Part shown: piece by piece, positions 1 to 8,769 of the stretch
Position numbering within the stretch: position 1 is the first letter of the stretch
Layout: each line of letters begins with the position of its first letter
Origin: a virus
Virus record (IMG/VR): IMGVR_UViG_3300029319_008461
Location: 1 to 64,000 of that record
Direction: 5' to 3' (one strand)
DNA: 64,000 bases
The notes under the pieces: generated by a model
What the model saw: only the letters and a program-made list of their open reading frames with translations
What the model was told of the DNA's origin: nothing
Database searches by the model: none
Translations under genes and position numbers: made by a program

Positions 1-34
1 GTCGTGATAAGATAAGTTACAAGGAGAGAGATAA

Positions 35-349
35 ATGGCTATCGCAAATCCCGAAGTAGAGTTTCACCTTCCCGAGTTTGTTGACGAGTGCGTCGCTATG
101 CTCAACGAGCATTACGAGTCCAAGTTTTCAAACTTGAATGTGCCCGATGTCAAAGTGTCAGAGGGCGGCAAGTTCTACAAGGTCTACAAAGACGAGGGCG
201 AATACCACAAGAGCGTTTGGTTCTTCGTAAGCAAAGAGGACGGCTTGATTTGGAAGCCCGCTTCTTGGAAAGCTCCTGCTCGCAACTTCCCTCGTGGAAA
301 TATTCTTGAGGACAAAGCCCGAGACGTGATTGGCGTCTACGGAATCTAA
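35..349 (+). CDS. conserved phage hypothetical protein
   Basis: 104-aa ORF with AAGGAG SD; the WFFV...GLIWKPASWKAPA...RGNI motif resembles a widespread small phage protein family. Confidence 0.75.
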   Translation: MAIANPEVEFHLPEFVDECVAMLNEHYESKFSNLNVPDVKVSEGGKFYKVYKDEGEYHKSVWFFVSKEDGLIWKPASWKAPARNFPRGNILEDKARDVIGVYGI

Positions 350-374
350 ATACAAACTAACCAAGGAGAAAGAT

Positions 375-575
375 ATGTTTGTAAAGTTTGAACAAACTAA
401 CTTGAAAGCTAGACCAGAAGGTGCAATCTGGATTAACCCTGACAACGTGTGTACGGTAAAGGAGGCCACTTTAGCTGAGAGTCCGGTTACTTTACTATTA
501 ACGTCAGCAGAGACTTACGTTTATGTATTGGGCGATGTAACTACGACTTTATATAAACTTACTGAAGGAAGTTAA
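375..575 (+). CDS. hypothetical protein
   Basis: Start moved from track position 330 to ATG 375, which follows an AAGGAG SD. Confidence 0.65.
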   Translation: MFVKFEQTNLKARPEGAIWINPDNVCTVKEATLAESPVTLLLTSAETYVYVLGDVTTTLYKLTEGS

Positions 576-606
576 AATGAAAAAGAAATATAGTAAACGA
601 AGATAA

Positions 607-773
607 GCGTCAGGGGTAAACCCGAACCGATCTGGCAGGAAGCATAAAGAGCCAGCGTCCCTACCTACAGTAACCACATACCTTTGAAGAGTTGCGTGTG
701 GAAAACGGTTTGTAGGGTTAGATACAAATGGAATAGGAGTCCAGATGTACTTGGGCTAAAACTCTTCACATTT
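607..773 (+). ncRNA. candidate structured non-coding RNA (unassigned family)
   Basis: No credible ORF; stems 632-636/651-655, 664-670/710-716, 674-679/696-701 and 738-744/751-757, plus a 9-bp pairing of loop 685-693 (TGAAGAGTT) with 760-768 (AACTCTTCA); ends at the tRNA-Arg 5' end. Confidence 0.35.
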
Positions 774-850
<77 letters not shown>

Positions 851-860
851 AGGAGTTGAG

Positions 861-1406
861 ATGAATAAAGATATTGACAGTAAAAAGCTACTATATTCAA
901 AAGGTAACAATGATGAATGCTATACTCCAGATTATGGTGTAGAGCCGATTCTAGAATATATTCCAAAAGACGCCATTGTGTGGTGTCCATTTGACGAACC
1001 AAGTAGCGAGTTTGTAAAACAGATATCGAAACAGAATAAAGTTGTTCACTCTCACATTAACGAAGGTAAAGACTTTTTTGAATATGAGCCCGAAAAGTGG
1101 GATGTGATTGTATCCAATCCACCCTTCACAAACAAGCGTAAGTTTTTTGAGAGAGCACTATCTTTTGGAAAACCATTTGCGTTAATTATGACGAATACTT
1201 GGCTAAATGACTCAGCACCTAAACAGCTATTCAAGGACAAAGATTTACAGCTTCTAATGTTTGATAAGCGTATGCGGTTTGTATCCCCTGATGGCCGAGA
1301 CAATAATAAGATTACATTTAGTAGTAGCTATTATTGTTGGAACTTCCTTCCTAAGCAAATCATTATGAAAGAATTAAATGTTAAAGGTTCTCGGAAAAAT
1401 TCCTAG
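861..1406 (+). CDS. N6-adenine DNA methyltransferase-like protein
   Basis: DECYTP, VWCPFD, DFF and DVIVSNPPF motifs; true start is ATG 861 after AGGAG (track start 816 lies inside the tRNA). Confidence 0.8.
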   Translation: MNKDIDSKKLLYSKGNNDECYTPDYGVEPILEYIPKDAIVWCPFDEPSSEFVKQISKQNKVVHSHINEGKDFFEYEPEKWDVIVSNPPFTNKRKFFERALSFGKPFALIMTNTWLNDSAPKQLFKDKDLQLLMFDKRMRFVSPDGRDNNKITFSSSYYCWNFLPKQIIMKELNVKGSRKNS

Positions 1407-1983
1407 AGAGGTTGTCGTCGCTGTCAGTGGCGGTCCAGACTCAATGGCTATCTTGGATTTCCTCTCGAACAATCATAATGTGACGGCTGCATATTTTGAT
1501 CACGGCACACCGTTTGGAGATGATTGCAAATATTTTGTAAAAGACTTTTGTGAAGAGCGTGATATTGATTTGGTGGTAGGAAATATTTATATTGATTGTC
1601 CCGCCGGAAAATCAGTAGAAGAGCATTGGCGAGATGAGCGGTACAAGTTCTTTCGCACCTTTAATGAACAGGTTGTTACAGGTCATAATTTAGACGATGT
1701 GATTGAATGGTTTTTATTCTCATCTTTGCACGGTCAGGGAAAAGTTATGCCTTACAAGAACCAAAACGTTTCTAGGCCTTTTATCTCCACTTCTAAACGC
1801 TCGCTAGAAGATTGGTGCGAACGTAAGGATGTGCCGTTCTTGGTTGACCCAGGGAATACAGACCGAAAGTTTATGAGAAGCATTATCAGAAATGATATGA
1901 TGCCTCACGCTCGCAAGGTAAATAAAGGCATCGAAAAAACATTTAAAAAACTTGTAGAAAGGGAATATAATCTTTTATACTAA
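1378..1983 (+). CDS. tilS: tRNA(Ile)-lysidine synthase, catalytic domain only
   Basis: PP-loop AVSGGPDS, DHG, R..RY.FF, TGHNLDD, RP, DPGN...R..IR motifs; 201 aa, lacks the C-terminal domains. Confidence 0.88.
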   Translation: MLKVLGKIPREVVVAVSGGPDSMAILDFLSNNHNVTAAYFDHGTPFGDDCKYFVKDFCEERDIDLVVGNIYIDCPAGKSVEEHWRDERYKFFRTFNEQVVTGHNLDDVIEWFLFSSLHGQGKVMPYKNQNVSRPFISTSKRSLEDWCERKDVPFLVDPGNTDRKFMRSIIRNDMMPHARKVNKGIEKTFKKLVEREYNLLY

Positions 1984-2060
1984 GGGGGGTTAGCTCAATT
2001 GGTTAGAGCAACTGACTCATAATCAGTAGGTTCTAGGTTCAAGTCCTAGGCCCCCTACCA
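1984..2060 (+). tRNA. tRNA with CAT anticodon, probably tRNA-Ile2 (lysidine); elongator Met not excluded
   Basis: Cloverleaf; ACTGA-CTCATAA-TCAGT; CCA end; no initiator features; starts at the base after the tilS stop codon. Confidence 0.92.
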
Positions 2061-2061
2061 T

Positions 2062-2137
2062 GCCCGAATAGCTCAATTGGTAGAGCAGTGGTTTTGTAAA
2101 CCAAAGGTTGCGGGTTCAATTCCTGCTTTGGGCACCA
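2062..2137 (+). tRNA. tRNA-Thr(TGT)
   Basis: Cloverleaf; GCCCGAA/TTTGGGC acceptor stem; TTTGTAA anticodon loop; CCA. Confidence 0.95.
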
Positions 2138-2140
2138 TAA

Positions 2141-2215
2141 GCGGCTATCGTATAATGGCCATTACCTCAGCCTTCCAAGCTGATGATCTCGGTTCGATCC
2201 CGAGTAGCCGCTCCA
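2141..2215 (+). tRNA. tRNA-Gly(TCC)
   Basis: GCGGCTA/TAGCCGC acceptor stem; TCAGC-CTTCCAA-GCTGA; U73 discriminator; CCA. Confidence 0.96.
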
Positions 2216-2229
2216 CTAGGAGATAAGAT

Positions 2230-2427
2230 ATGAATAAATTAATCAAAGCAGCGTTAACAAACTACGAGGCGCAACGTGATGAAGCGCTCGCTGTTTTGGA
2301 AGTTTACTTAAATAATTCTGTCGGTATTGGCGAACATTCAGGACTAATTGATGAGGTCAAAACCTGGACAGAAAAGTTGACTGAAGCTGAAGAAAATATC
2401 GAGACAATCAAGCGGCATTTTCCTTAG
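2230..2427 (+). CDS. conserved phage hypothetical protein
   Basis: 65 aa with AGGAG SD; the N.VGIGEH motif recalls small proteins of T4-like marine phages. Confidence 0.75.
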   Translation: MNKLIKAALTNYEAQRDEALAVLEVYLNNSVGIGEHSGLIDEVKTWTEKLTEAEENIETIKRHFP

Positions 2428-2434
2428 TCCAAAA

Positions 2435-2441
2435 CTATTTA
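2435..2441 (+). promoter_or_regulatory. CTAnTTA motif, putative phage late promoter
   Basis: CTATTTA upstream of the 2552 gene; recurs in other intergenic gaps. Confidence 0.45.
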
Positions 2442-2551
2442 AATTAGTTATGTTCCCCTTCTAATTGGTTTCATAAAAGAGGGTTCTCTCTCTTAGTTTT
2501 TTGCTGTTTTCGGCAAATGTTATAAAACCAAATCTATAGGAGGATTTTATT

Positions 2552-4156
2552 ATGGCTTTTGGTTTAGCAGGTTCAAGTGGTTCTTTTCAGGCCAATATGG
2601 CAATTCTTGGGGGAATTGTCACGGGTTCTAAAGGAGAATTCTTGGCTCTCCCAATCTCATCTACCGTTCTTGGTGGATTGAGCGGTTTAGATACAAATGA
2701 GTGGAGTCGCTTCTATCTTAGTGATAGTTTTGGTGCGGCCTCTGCGTCGGTTATTCAAGCACTCAACTATCTGAGTGCATCTATGGATGCAACTAGTGGT
2801 GATGTCACTGGTCCAGGTTCCTCAACTGATAACGCCATTGTTCGCTTTGATGGAACAACTGGTAAGTTAATACAAGATACTAGCGTAACGACAATCACGG
2901 ACACTGGTAATATTGCCACTGAGGGCAGTGTTTCTGGTGCAAGCACGCTTGCTGGTATTTCTTTGACCTTGGGTGATGAAGGCGACGAATTTGTCGTAAG
3001 TAGACTTGGGCGTCTTCAAGGCGGTACAGGTGGTGCTACCTACGACCTTAGAGCAGATGGCTTCGTCTCTGGTGCTAGCTCTGTGCATGGTAACAACCTA
3101 CTTGTTCAGTCCGCATCTGTTGCCCTTGAAGTATCTGGTGGTTCTCTAAATATTGGTGGTGGCGACTTTACAGTTTCTACGCTTGGTGCTGTTGCTGGTG
3201 GCGCAGGTGGTGATAGTTATTCCCTCTCTGCTGCCGGTGCTCTCTCTGGAGCAAATTCCATCATCGCTGGTACAACCGTTTCTGGTGCTGGAAATGTTGC
3301 TGGTCAAAGTCTCAATATTGGTGCTGCCAACAACTTTAAAATTGGTCTTAATGGAGCGGTTTCCAGTTCTACAACAGCGCACTTCGTTGATGGCATAACT
3401 GGCAAACTTGTTGCTGTGTCGTCTTCGGTGTCAGGTGCTGGAAATGTTGCTGGACAAAGCCTCAACATTGGTGCTGCTGACAACTTTAAAGTTGGCATCC
3501 TTGGTGCGCTTTCCAGTTCTACAACAGCACATTTTGTTGATGGTATAACTGGTAAGCTTGTTGCCGTATCATCTTCGGTGTCAGGTGCTGGTGGCTTTTC
3601 TGGCCAAACTCTAGCCTTTGGTGCTAACGGTATTGAGTTTGCTACTTCTATTGCCGGGCTTGTGGCTGGTGGTGCTGGTGGTGATAGTTATTCGCTAGCT
3701 GCTAACGGGCAAATCTCTGGTGCAAATGCTGTCCTCGCTGGTACGAACGTTTCTGGTGCTGGGGTTTTGCAAGGTGGAAGCGTTTCTGTCGGTAACGGTG
3801 CTGGTACGATCTCGGTCGCAGGTGCCTTCGTCGGATCATCGTTCCAAGGGCAAAGCTTCCAGGGATCAACCCTCAAGGTTAGCTCTGGAAACATTTCTGG
3901 AACCGTGGATACCTCAGTGCAGTTTTCAAACACGGGCTCCGCAGGTGGCAACAACTATAAAGCTGCTCTGTTGATTTCCAGTAGTGACATCATCAGCGAC
4001 TCGAACTCGGTTCCATTTGCGGATCAAATTCCAAGAATGGTCATGCAGGGTACTGGGGAAGATGGTGGACTTGCAGACTTTATGATTTCCATCTCTGGTG
4101 GAATGTTGCAAGTTACGCAGTTGACATACGGAAACGCATTGCCTCTGGTAAACTAG
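2552..4156 (+). CDS. Gly/Ser/Ala-rich fibre-like virion protein
   Basis: 534 aa; AGGAGG SD; GDVTGPGSSTDNAIVRFDGTTGKLIQ fibre motif; internal repeats; paralog of 4272..5243. Confidence 0.75.
   Translation: MAFGLAGSSGSFQANMAILGGIVTGSKGEFLALPISSTVLGGLSGLDTNEWSRFYLSDSFGAASASVIQALNYLSASMDATSGDVTGPGSSTDNAIVRFDGTTGKLIQDTSVTTITDTGNIATEGSVSGASTLAGISLTLGDEGDEFVVSRLGRLQGGTGGATYDLRADGFVSGASSVHGNNLLVQSASVALEVSGGSLNIGGGDFTVSTLGAVAGGAGGDSYSLSAAGALSGANSIIAGTTVSGAGNVAGQSLNIGAANNFKIGLNGAVSSSTTAHFVDGITGKLVAVSSSVSGAGNVAGQSLNIGAADNFKVGILGALSSSTTAHFVDGITGKLVAVSSSVSGAGGFSGQTLAFGANGIEFATSIAGLVAGGAGGDSYSLAANGQISGANAVLAGTNVSGAGVLQGGSVSVGNGAGTISVAGAFVGSSFQGQSFQGSTLKVSSGNISGTVDTSVQFSNTGSAGGNNYKAALLISSSDIISDSNSVPFADQIPRMVMQGTGEDGGLADFMISISGGMLQVTQLTYGNALPLVN
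3281..3590 (+). repeat. in-frame 150-bp (50-aa) tandem duplication
   Basis: Units start at 3281 and 3431, with a partial unit at 3581; SGAGNVAGQSLNIGAA.NFK.G..GA.SSSTTAHFVDGITGKLVAVSSSV; differences are mostly synonymous. Confidence 0.9.
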
Positions 4157-4184
4157 TGTTTTAAGTTGTAAATGTTTTATTGAA

Positions 4185-4214
4185 GAGGGCGGCCTTGTGC
4201 CGCTCTTTTCTTTT
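4185..4214 (+). terminator. intrinsic terminator
   Basis: GAGGGCGGC-CTTGT-GCCGCTCTT hairpin followed by TTCTTTT. Confidence 0.75.
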
Positions 4215-4222
4215 GCCCGCAC

Positions 4223-4229
4223 CTATTTA
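4223..4229 (+). promoter_or_regulatory. CTAnTTA motif, putative late promoter
   Basis: CTATTTA directly after the terminator and upstream of 4272. Confidence 0.5.
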
Positions 4230-4271
4230 AAATAACAACCTACAGAAAGGTTCTTATAGGAAAATAAATAA

Positions 4272-5243
4272 ATGGCTTTTGGCTTAGTACCTGATAGTGG
4301 ATCGTCTCAGATAAATGGCGAAGTTTTAGGTGGATTAGTAACTGGGACTAATGGAGAGTTTTTGGCTTTGCCTATTTCCTCAACTGTCTTAGGTGGGTTA
4401 AGCAACTTAGATACCAACGAATGGAGCCGTTTCTATCTTAGCGACAGTTTTGGCGCTGCTTCTAGTTCGATTATTCAGGCCTTGAATTATTTAAGTGCCT
4501 CGATCAAGGATAACGCAGATGCAGACGTTGAGGGTCCTGCATCTTCCAACGACACCGCCATCGCCAGATTCGATGGAACATCAGGAAAAGTAATTCAAAA
4601 TACTAGTCAGGTTTTAATTAGTGACGCTGGTGCTTTATCAAGCTCAGCAACTGCTCATTTTGTTGATGGTATGACAGGTAAAAACTTAGCTGTCACTGGC
4701 GCTATTTCTGGTGCTACTCTTGCTGTTGGTGGGGATGAGTTTACTGTTAGCCAGGTTGGTGCTGTTGCTGGTGGTGCCGGTGGGGATAGTTACTCGCTAG
4801 CTGCTAATGGTGCTATCTCCGGAGCAAATGCAATCACCGCTGGCACAAATTTATCTGGTGCTGGAGCCGTCGGAGGCGCTAGTCTTACAGTTGCGGACCT
4901 ATTCTCAGTAAACAACGCAGGAGTTGTATCTAGCTCAACGGCAACTACGCTTGGCAATCTAATTCTAAATGATGACAGCACGAGTTGCTTAGTATTGTCA
5001 GGGTCTATGACAGGCTCCGGCTTGGCCACATTTACGAACACAACAGTAGCTCAAGGGGGTGGATATAGGGCTGCGGTGATTGTTTCAAGTAGTGCAATTT
5101 CAACCGCTGCTGACGCCGCAGCAATACCTAAATTAGTTTTGCAAGGAACGGACAACCTGGGTAACTTAAGTGATTTTATGATTAGTGTTTCCGGTGGTAT
5201 GCTCAGAGCACAGAAATTGACTCCTGGCACATGGCCACTTTAA
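4272..5243 (+). CDS. Gly/Ser/Ala-rich fibre-like virion protein (paralog of 2552..4156)
   Basis: Shares the N-terminal GEFLALPISSTVLGGLS.LDTNEWSRFYLSDSFGAAS block and the C-terminal QGT...G.L.DFMIS.SGGML block. Confidence 0.75.
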   Translation: MAFGLVPDSGSSQINGEVLGGLVTGTNGEFLALPISSTVLGGLSNLDTNEWSRFYLSDSFGAASSSIIQALNYLSASIKDNADADVEGPASSNDTAIARFDGTSGKVIQNTSQVLISDAGALSSSATAHFVDGMTGKNLAVTGAISGATLAVGGDEFTVSQVGAVAGGAGGDSYSLAANGAISGANAITAGTNLSGAGAVGGASLTVADLFSVNNAGVVSSSTATTLGNLILNDDSTSCLVLSGSMTGSGLATFTNTTVAQGGGYRAAVIVSSSAISTAADAAAIPKLVLQGTDNLGNLSDFMISVSGGMLRAQKLTPGTWPL

Positions 5244-5803
5244 ATACACTAAGGGTAAAAACCTTAACATTAAAATTATCATATTTAAACGCAGAGTGTG
5301 AAGAGGTTACCCTCAAGTGTGAAGCCATAGACAAAGACATATGGGGTTTCATTAAAGATAGATACCCAGAAGAATTTGAATTGGCAATAAACGTTGGACC
5401 AAGAAAAAACAAAAACCTTATTGATAATGATTCTCAATTAAAATGTCAAAATAAGGATGTAAAAAAGATATACCGTAAAATTGTCGAGGTCTCTCATCCA
5501 GATAAATCAGATGGTAAAGAACATTTTTTTAGGCAAGCAACAGAGCACTATAAAACACATAACATCGGTGGACTAATTGAACTGGCTACAGAACTAGGCC
5601 TGGAACTTGAAGACCTCTCCGAAGAATCATTAGAACTTTTAAACGAGAATATATTAAGTGCAGAAAAAAGACTTGAGTCCCTTAAGAGTTCAACCGCTTG
5701 GTTTTGGTATAACGCAGAAAATGATGATCAAAAAAATGAGCTAGCGTTATTTGTTTTAGAACAAAAAGGTGTTAATATTAATCACCTAAAATCACAGACA
5801 TAG
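5231..5803 (+). CDS. J-domain (DnaJ-like) protein
   Basis: VKKIYRKIVEVSHPDK...FFRQATEHY matches J-domain helix II/HPD/helix III. Confidence 0.7.
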   Translation: MATLNTLRVKTLTLKLSYLNAECEEVTLKCEAIDKDIWGFIKDRYPEEFELAINVGPRKNKNLIDNDSQLKCQNKDVKKIYRKIVEVSHPDKSDGKEHFFRQATEHYKTHNIGGLIELATELGLELEDLSEESLELLNENILSAEKRLESLKSSTAWFWYNAENDDQKNELALFVLEQKGVNINHLKSQT

Positions 5804-7045
5804 ATCCTCAAAAATTTGCCTTATTTGTAGAAAGACAGTTTCTGAATTTGCTGTGGGTGTATATAATCTGTCCCTCTCTCCTCTTACACAAGCTATAAAA
5901 GTATTATGATGTTGTTCAAGGGCAAAAACAAAAAGCTCAAAACCTAAGTTGCTTGCCACATCTGCAATTTCATAGCAAGCCATTGGATCAGAGTGCATTG
6001 TTTGCGCTTCCTCATCCGTCATTGTTATAATAACTTTTTGTGCGTCTGGCCTCCACGAAAACGGGTAAGTGTTCATTGACCAATACATTGTGTCAATTGT
6101 GGGTTCTTGCCCGGCACTATCAATCATTCTACCTGCTTCTATAACAGAAAGAAACTCATCGGCGGGAACAAAATCAGAAACCATTCTTGCAAGGGAATAT
6201 GCTGGTCTTAGGTCGTCACCTGCCCTAGCACCCACAACAACCAATCCAAATCGGAATGTACTCGTTATCGGGTCATCTAAAAGCGGAGTTATGCCTTGTA
6301 TCATTGAGTCTATCTCATCTCTAAAAGAGCCAGATATATCGAGCACAAAAACTAAGTCTACACCACGAGTATCAAACCCTTCGTCAACCTCACCATCACA
6401 GTCATTATCTAAGTCGTCACATCTTTCTGAGGTTGGTAAAACTTGTCCATCACAAGGTCCACCAAAATCACCCTCGGTACAATAGCGAACACCTGCTCGA
6501 CATTCACCTACAGCTAAAGTTCCATTAGGGCCATCATAACATACAACAGCAGTTGCTCCAACTATACTTTCATCTACGGTTCCGTTACAGTTGTTATCAA
6601 CACCATCACAAATTTCATCAATCGGCCCAACGTGTCCATCACAATATAATCCGCCGTTATCACACCTCATGACGCCAGGTGTACAGATACCAACTCCATA
6701 ATCTACATCCTCTTGGAACCCACATAGTTGATGTTCCTCGGGATACGACTCATCAATAGCTGCGTCACAGTCATTATCAATCCCATCACAGATCTCCTCT
6801 GAAGGACCCTGGGCTCCAGAGCATTCGGACCAGCCATTAATCGTACAAGTTCTTTTTCCATATGAACACTGTCCTGCCCTCTGAGCAATATCGTTAACAT
6901 CAGCGGAGGGAAAGTCTTGACCATGCTCATCACAGACAAGTTCATCACCAGGGACACACTCAAGTTTTATTAATTTATCATCTTCCACACAAGCCTGACA
7001 AGATGCTAAAAAAAGGCTGGCAAAAAATAAAACTTGATGCTTCAT
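5792..7045 (-). CDS. lipoprotein with Cys-rich (MopE-like metal-binding) repeats and a C-terminal vWA domain
   Basis: Lipobox LASC; three E.CD..DN.C...DE repeats; DLVFVLDISGS MIDAS; VIITMTDE. Confidence 0.85.
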   Translation of the reverse strand: MKHQVLFFASLFLASCQACVEDDKLIKLECVPGDELVCDEHGQDFPSADVNDIAQRAGQCSYGKRTCTINGWSECSGAQGPSEEICDGIDNDCDAAIDESYPEEHQLCGFQEDVDYGVGICTPGVMRCDNGGLYCDGHVGPIDEICDGVDNNCNGTVDESIVGATAVVCYDGPNGTLAVGECRAGVRYCTEGDFGGPCDGQVLPTSERCDDLDNDCDGEVDEGFDTRGVDLVFVLDISGSFRDEIDSMIQGITPLLDDPITSTFRFGLVVVGARAGDDLRPAYSLARMVSDFVPADEFLSVIEAGRMIDSAGQEPTIDTMYWSMNTYPFSWRPDAQKVIITMTDEEAQTMHSDPMACYEIADVASNLGFELFVFALEQHHNTFIACVRGERDRLYTPTANSETVFLQIRQIFEDLCL

Positions 7046-7518
7046 TCCATTGTAGCCTCAACACAGGATTCATAAGTCGAATATAATACCATTGATAACA
7101 AGGTACTATTGAAAACACGAAACCTAACTTTTGTTAATGGTAGTTCACTCTCTTTGTATGATGCTGTCATAACAATTGGCGGTGACTCATTTTTTTGAGT
7201 TGGTAACTTAAAAGCAAACAGTAAAGAGTTACCAGGCCCATTCTGCATTGTCCCGGCTATATAACCATCTTTAATGACCTCTGGTATGCCAATTTGAACT
7301 GGTGAGTTGTCGCCCGGCTCGGTTGCTATCCTATTGCTAATATGAACAACCCACTTACAATTATTATGTTGTCCTGGGGTATAAAAACTAGAATTTGAAT
7401 TGAAAATAGTTTTTTGGGTATCGTTTGCTTTTACATAAAAATACCATGAAACAGATATTGTAAAAGCTAGTATTCCTAACAGTGAAACCTTTGTTCTTAT
7501 AAACCTAAACATAAGCAC
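7042..7518 (-). CDS. membrane-anchored or secreted hypothetical protein
   Basis: N-terminal hydrophobic helix; stop overlaps the start of the vWA gene. Confidence 0.7.
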   Translation of the reverse strand: MLMFRFIRTKVSLLGILAFTISVSWYFYVKANDTQKTIFNSNSSFYTPGQHNNCKWVVHISNRIATEPGDNSPVQIGIPEVIKDGYIAGTMQNGPGNSLLFAFKLPTQKNESPPIVMTASYKESELPLTKVRFRVFNSTLLSMVLYSTYESCVEATME

Positions 7519-7520
7519 CT

Positions 7521-7775
7521 CTATTGGAGGGGGTCTATATTGATTACCTCTCCTTGGGGAGACAAAATGATGAACGGCATCCGTTTGATCTCTTTAGTAA
7601 GTATTTCAGAATTATTAGTTTTTGTTTTCTTTTCAATCCACATTAGGATTTGTTGTTTTTCTTTGACCTCTCCAACATATGACCATTTGCCTTGTATCTT
7701 TTCCCATATACTTGGTTCGTTCAAACTTGGCCCTGAGAGCATCAAGATGCTGCTTAACATTACACTCGATAACAT
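7521..7775 (-). CDS. small secreted hypothetical protein
   Basis: Signal-like N-terminus; AAGGA SD on the minus strand; first gene of the inverted cassette. Confidence 0.65.
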   Translation of the reverse strand: MLSSVMLSSILMLSGPSLNEPSIWEKIQGKWSYVGEVKEKQQILMWIEKKTKTNNSEILTKEIKRMPFIILSPQGEVINIDPLQ

Positions 7776-7820
7776 ATTTTTTGATTCCTTCGTAAAATCA
7801 GCTTAATGATTTACTACGGA

Positions 7821-7846
7821 TAATTAGTCCCGTAACAATCTAGTTA
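7821..7846. promoter_or_regulatory. divergent pair of CTAnTTA motifs
   Basis: CTAATTA on the minus strand (7827-7821) faces the inverted cassette; CTAGTTA on the plus strand (7840-7846) faces 7854. Confidence 0.5.
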
Positions 7847-7853
7847 CTTTACT

Positions 7854-8744
7854 ATGATTAAAAAAACATCACTTTACGTCAAGTTTCTTATAGTTTCTAT
7901 GTTTTGTTTAACAAGTTGTGTTAGTGGGTGTGCTTCAATCGCAAATAATTCTAAGCCAGAGAAAGAAATTTTACCAAGAGATTCTTTTGTCCAAATAAGG
8001 CACTCAATAGAACTAGAAGGCTGCGGACTAGATCCAGTAACTAAAGAGAGAAGATGCCAGAAAGCCGTGATGCGATATGTGTCCTCAGGGTCCTTTGTTT
8101 TTCATAGTGAAGTATCACAAGGCGTGTCATATGTTTTAACGGCCGGGCACTCTTGTAAAAATAAGTTTCCAAAAAAGAGAAATATTAATGGGTTTGAAGT
8201 GATTAATAACGGATCAAAATTTGTCGCAGTTAGTTTAAACGGATTCAATCACCCTGCCGAAGTAGTTCAAATTAATGAAAGGTTTGACTTGTGTTTGATG
8301 CGAGTAAGAGATGTTTTTAGAAATCCGCCAACTTTAAAACTAGCAGATAAAGAACCAACACGAGGTGAAACCGTAACAAATATGGCTGCCCCTCACGGAC
8401 TGTTTTGGATGAATACAGTCCTAATATTTAAAGGTGAGTTTTCGGGTTACCACAAGCAAGGTTATTCAATCTACACTATTCCAACCAAACCTGGCTCAAG
8501 TGGATCACCAATATTAAACAAAGACAATAAGATGATAGGTGTGATCTTTGCAGGATACCCAAATATAGAGACAGTGGCCTTATCATCTCCACTTGTAGCT
8601 ATAAAAGTCTTCTTAAAGAAAGCGATTGCAAAAGGCGAGATGAAACTCTGGGAAAAAGACAACACTCCAAAAATAGACACCCAGGTGGATCGTCTATGGA
8701 TCAAGAAAATGCAAACAAAGCTTGATGAAGTTTTTGGTCAGTAA
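7854..8744 (+). CDS. trypsin-like serine protease, probable lipoprotein
   Basis: VLTAGH, FDLCL and PGSSGSPI catalytic triad motifs; hydrophobic N-terminus with LTSC/VSGC. Confidence 0.88.
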   Translation: MIKKTSLYVKFLIVSMFCLTSCVSGCASIANNSKPEKEILPRDSFVQIRHSIELEGCGLDPVTKERRCQKAVMRYVSSGSFVFHSEVSQGVSYVLTAGHSCKNKFPKKRNINGFEVINNGSKFVAVSLNGFNHPAEVVQINERFDLCLMRVRDVFRNPPTLKLADKEPTRGETVTNMAAPHGLFWMNTVLIFKGEFSGYHKQGYSIYTIPTKPGSSGSPILNKDNKMIGVIFAGYPNIETVALSSPLVAIKVFLKKAIAKGEMKLWEKDNTPKIDTQVDRLWIKKMQTKLDEVFGQ

Positions 8745-8769
8745 AGTATTTATACTTTGAGGATTTAAC

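Noticed and set aside
607-773. RNase P RNA, c-di-GMP-I riboswitch or group I intron
   Set aside because: Only fragmentary resemblances (TAGATACAAATG, GGTAAACC, AGTCC); the required conserved elements and their order are missing
3281-3590. Diversity-generating retroelement template/variable repeat pair
   Set aside because: The repeats are tandem and in frame, differences are mostly synonymous rather than adenine-specific, and there is no reverse transcriptase in the window
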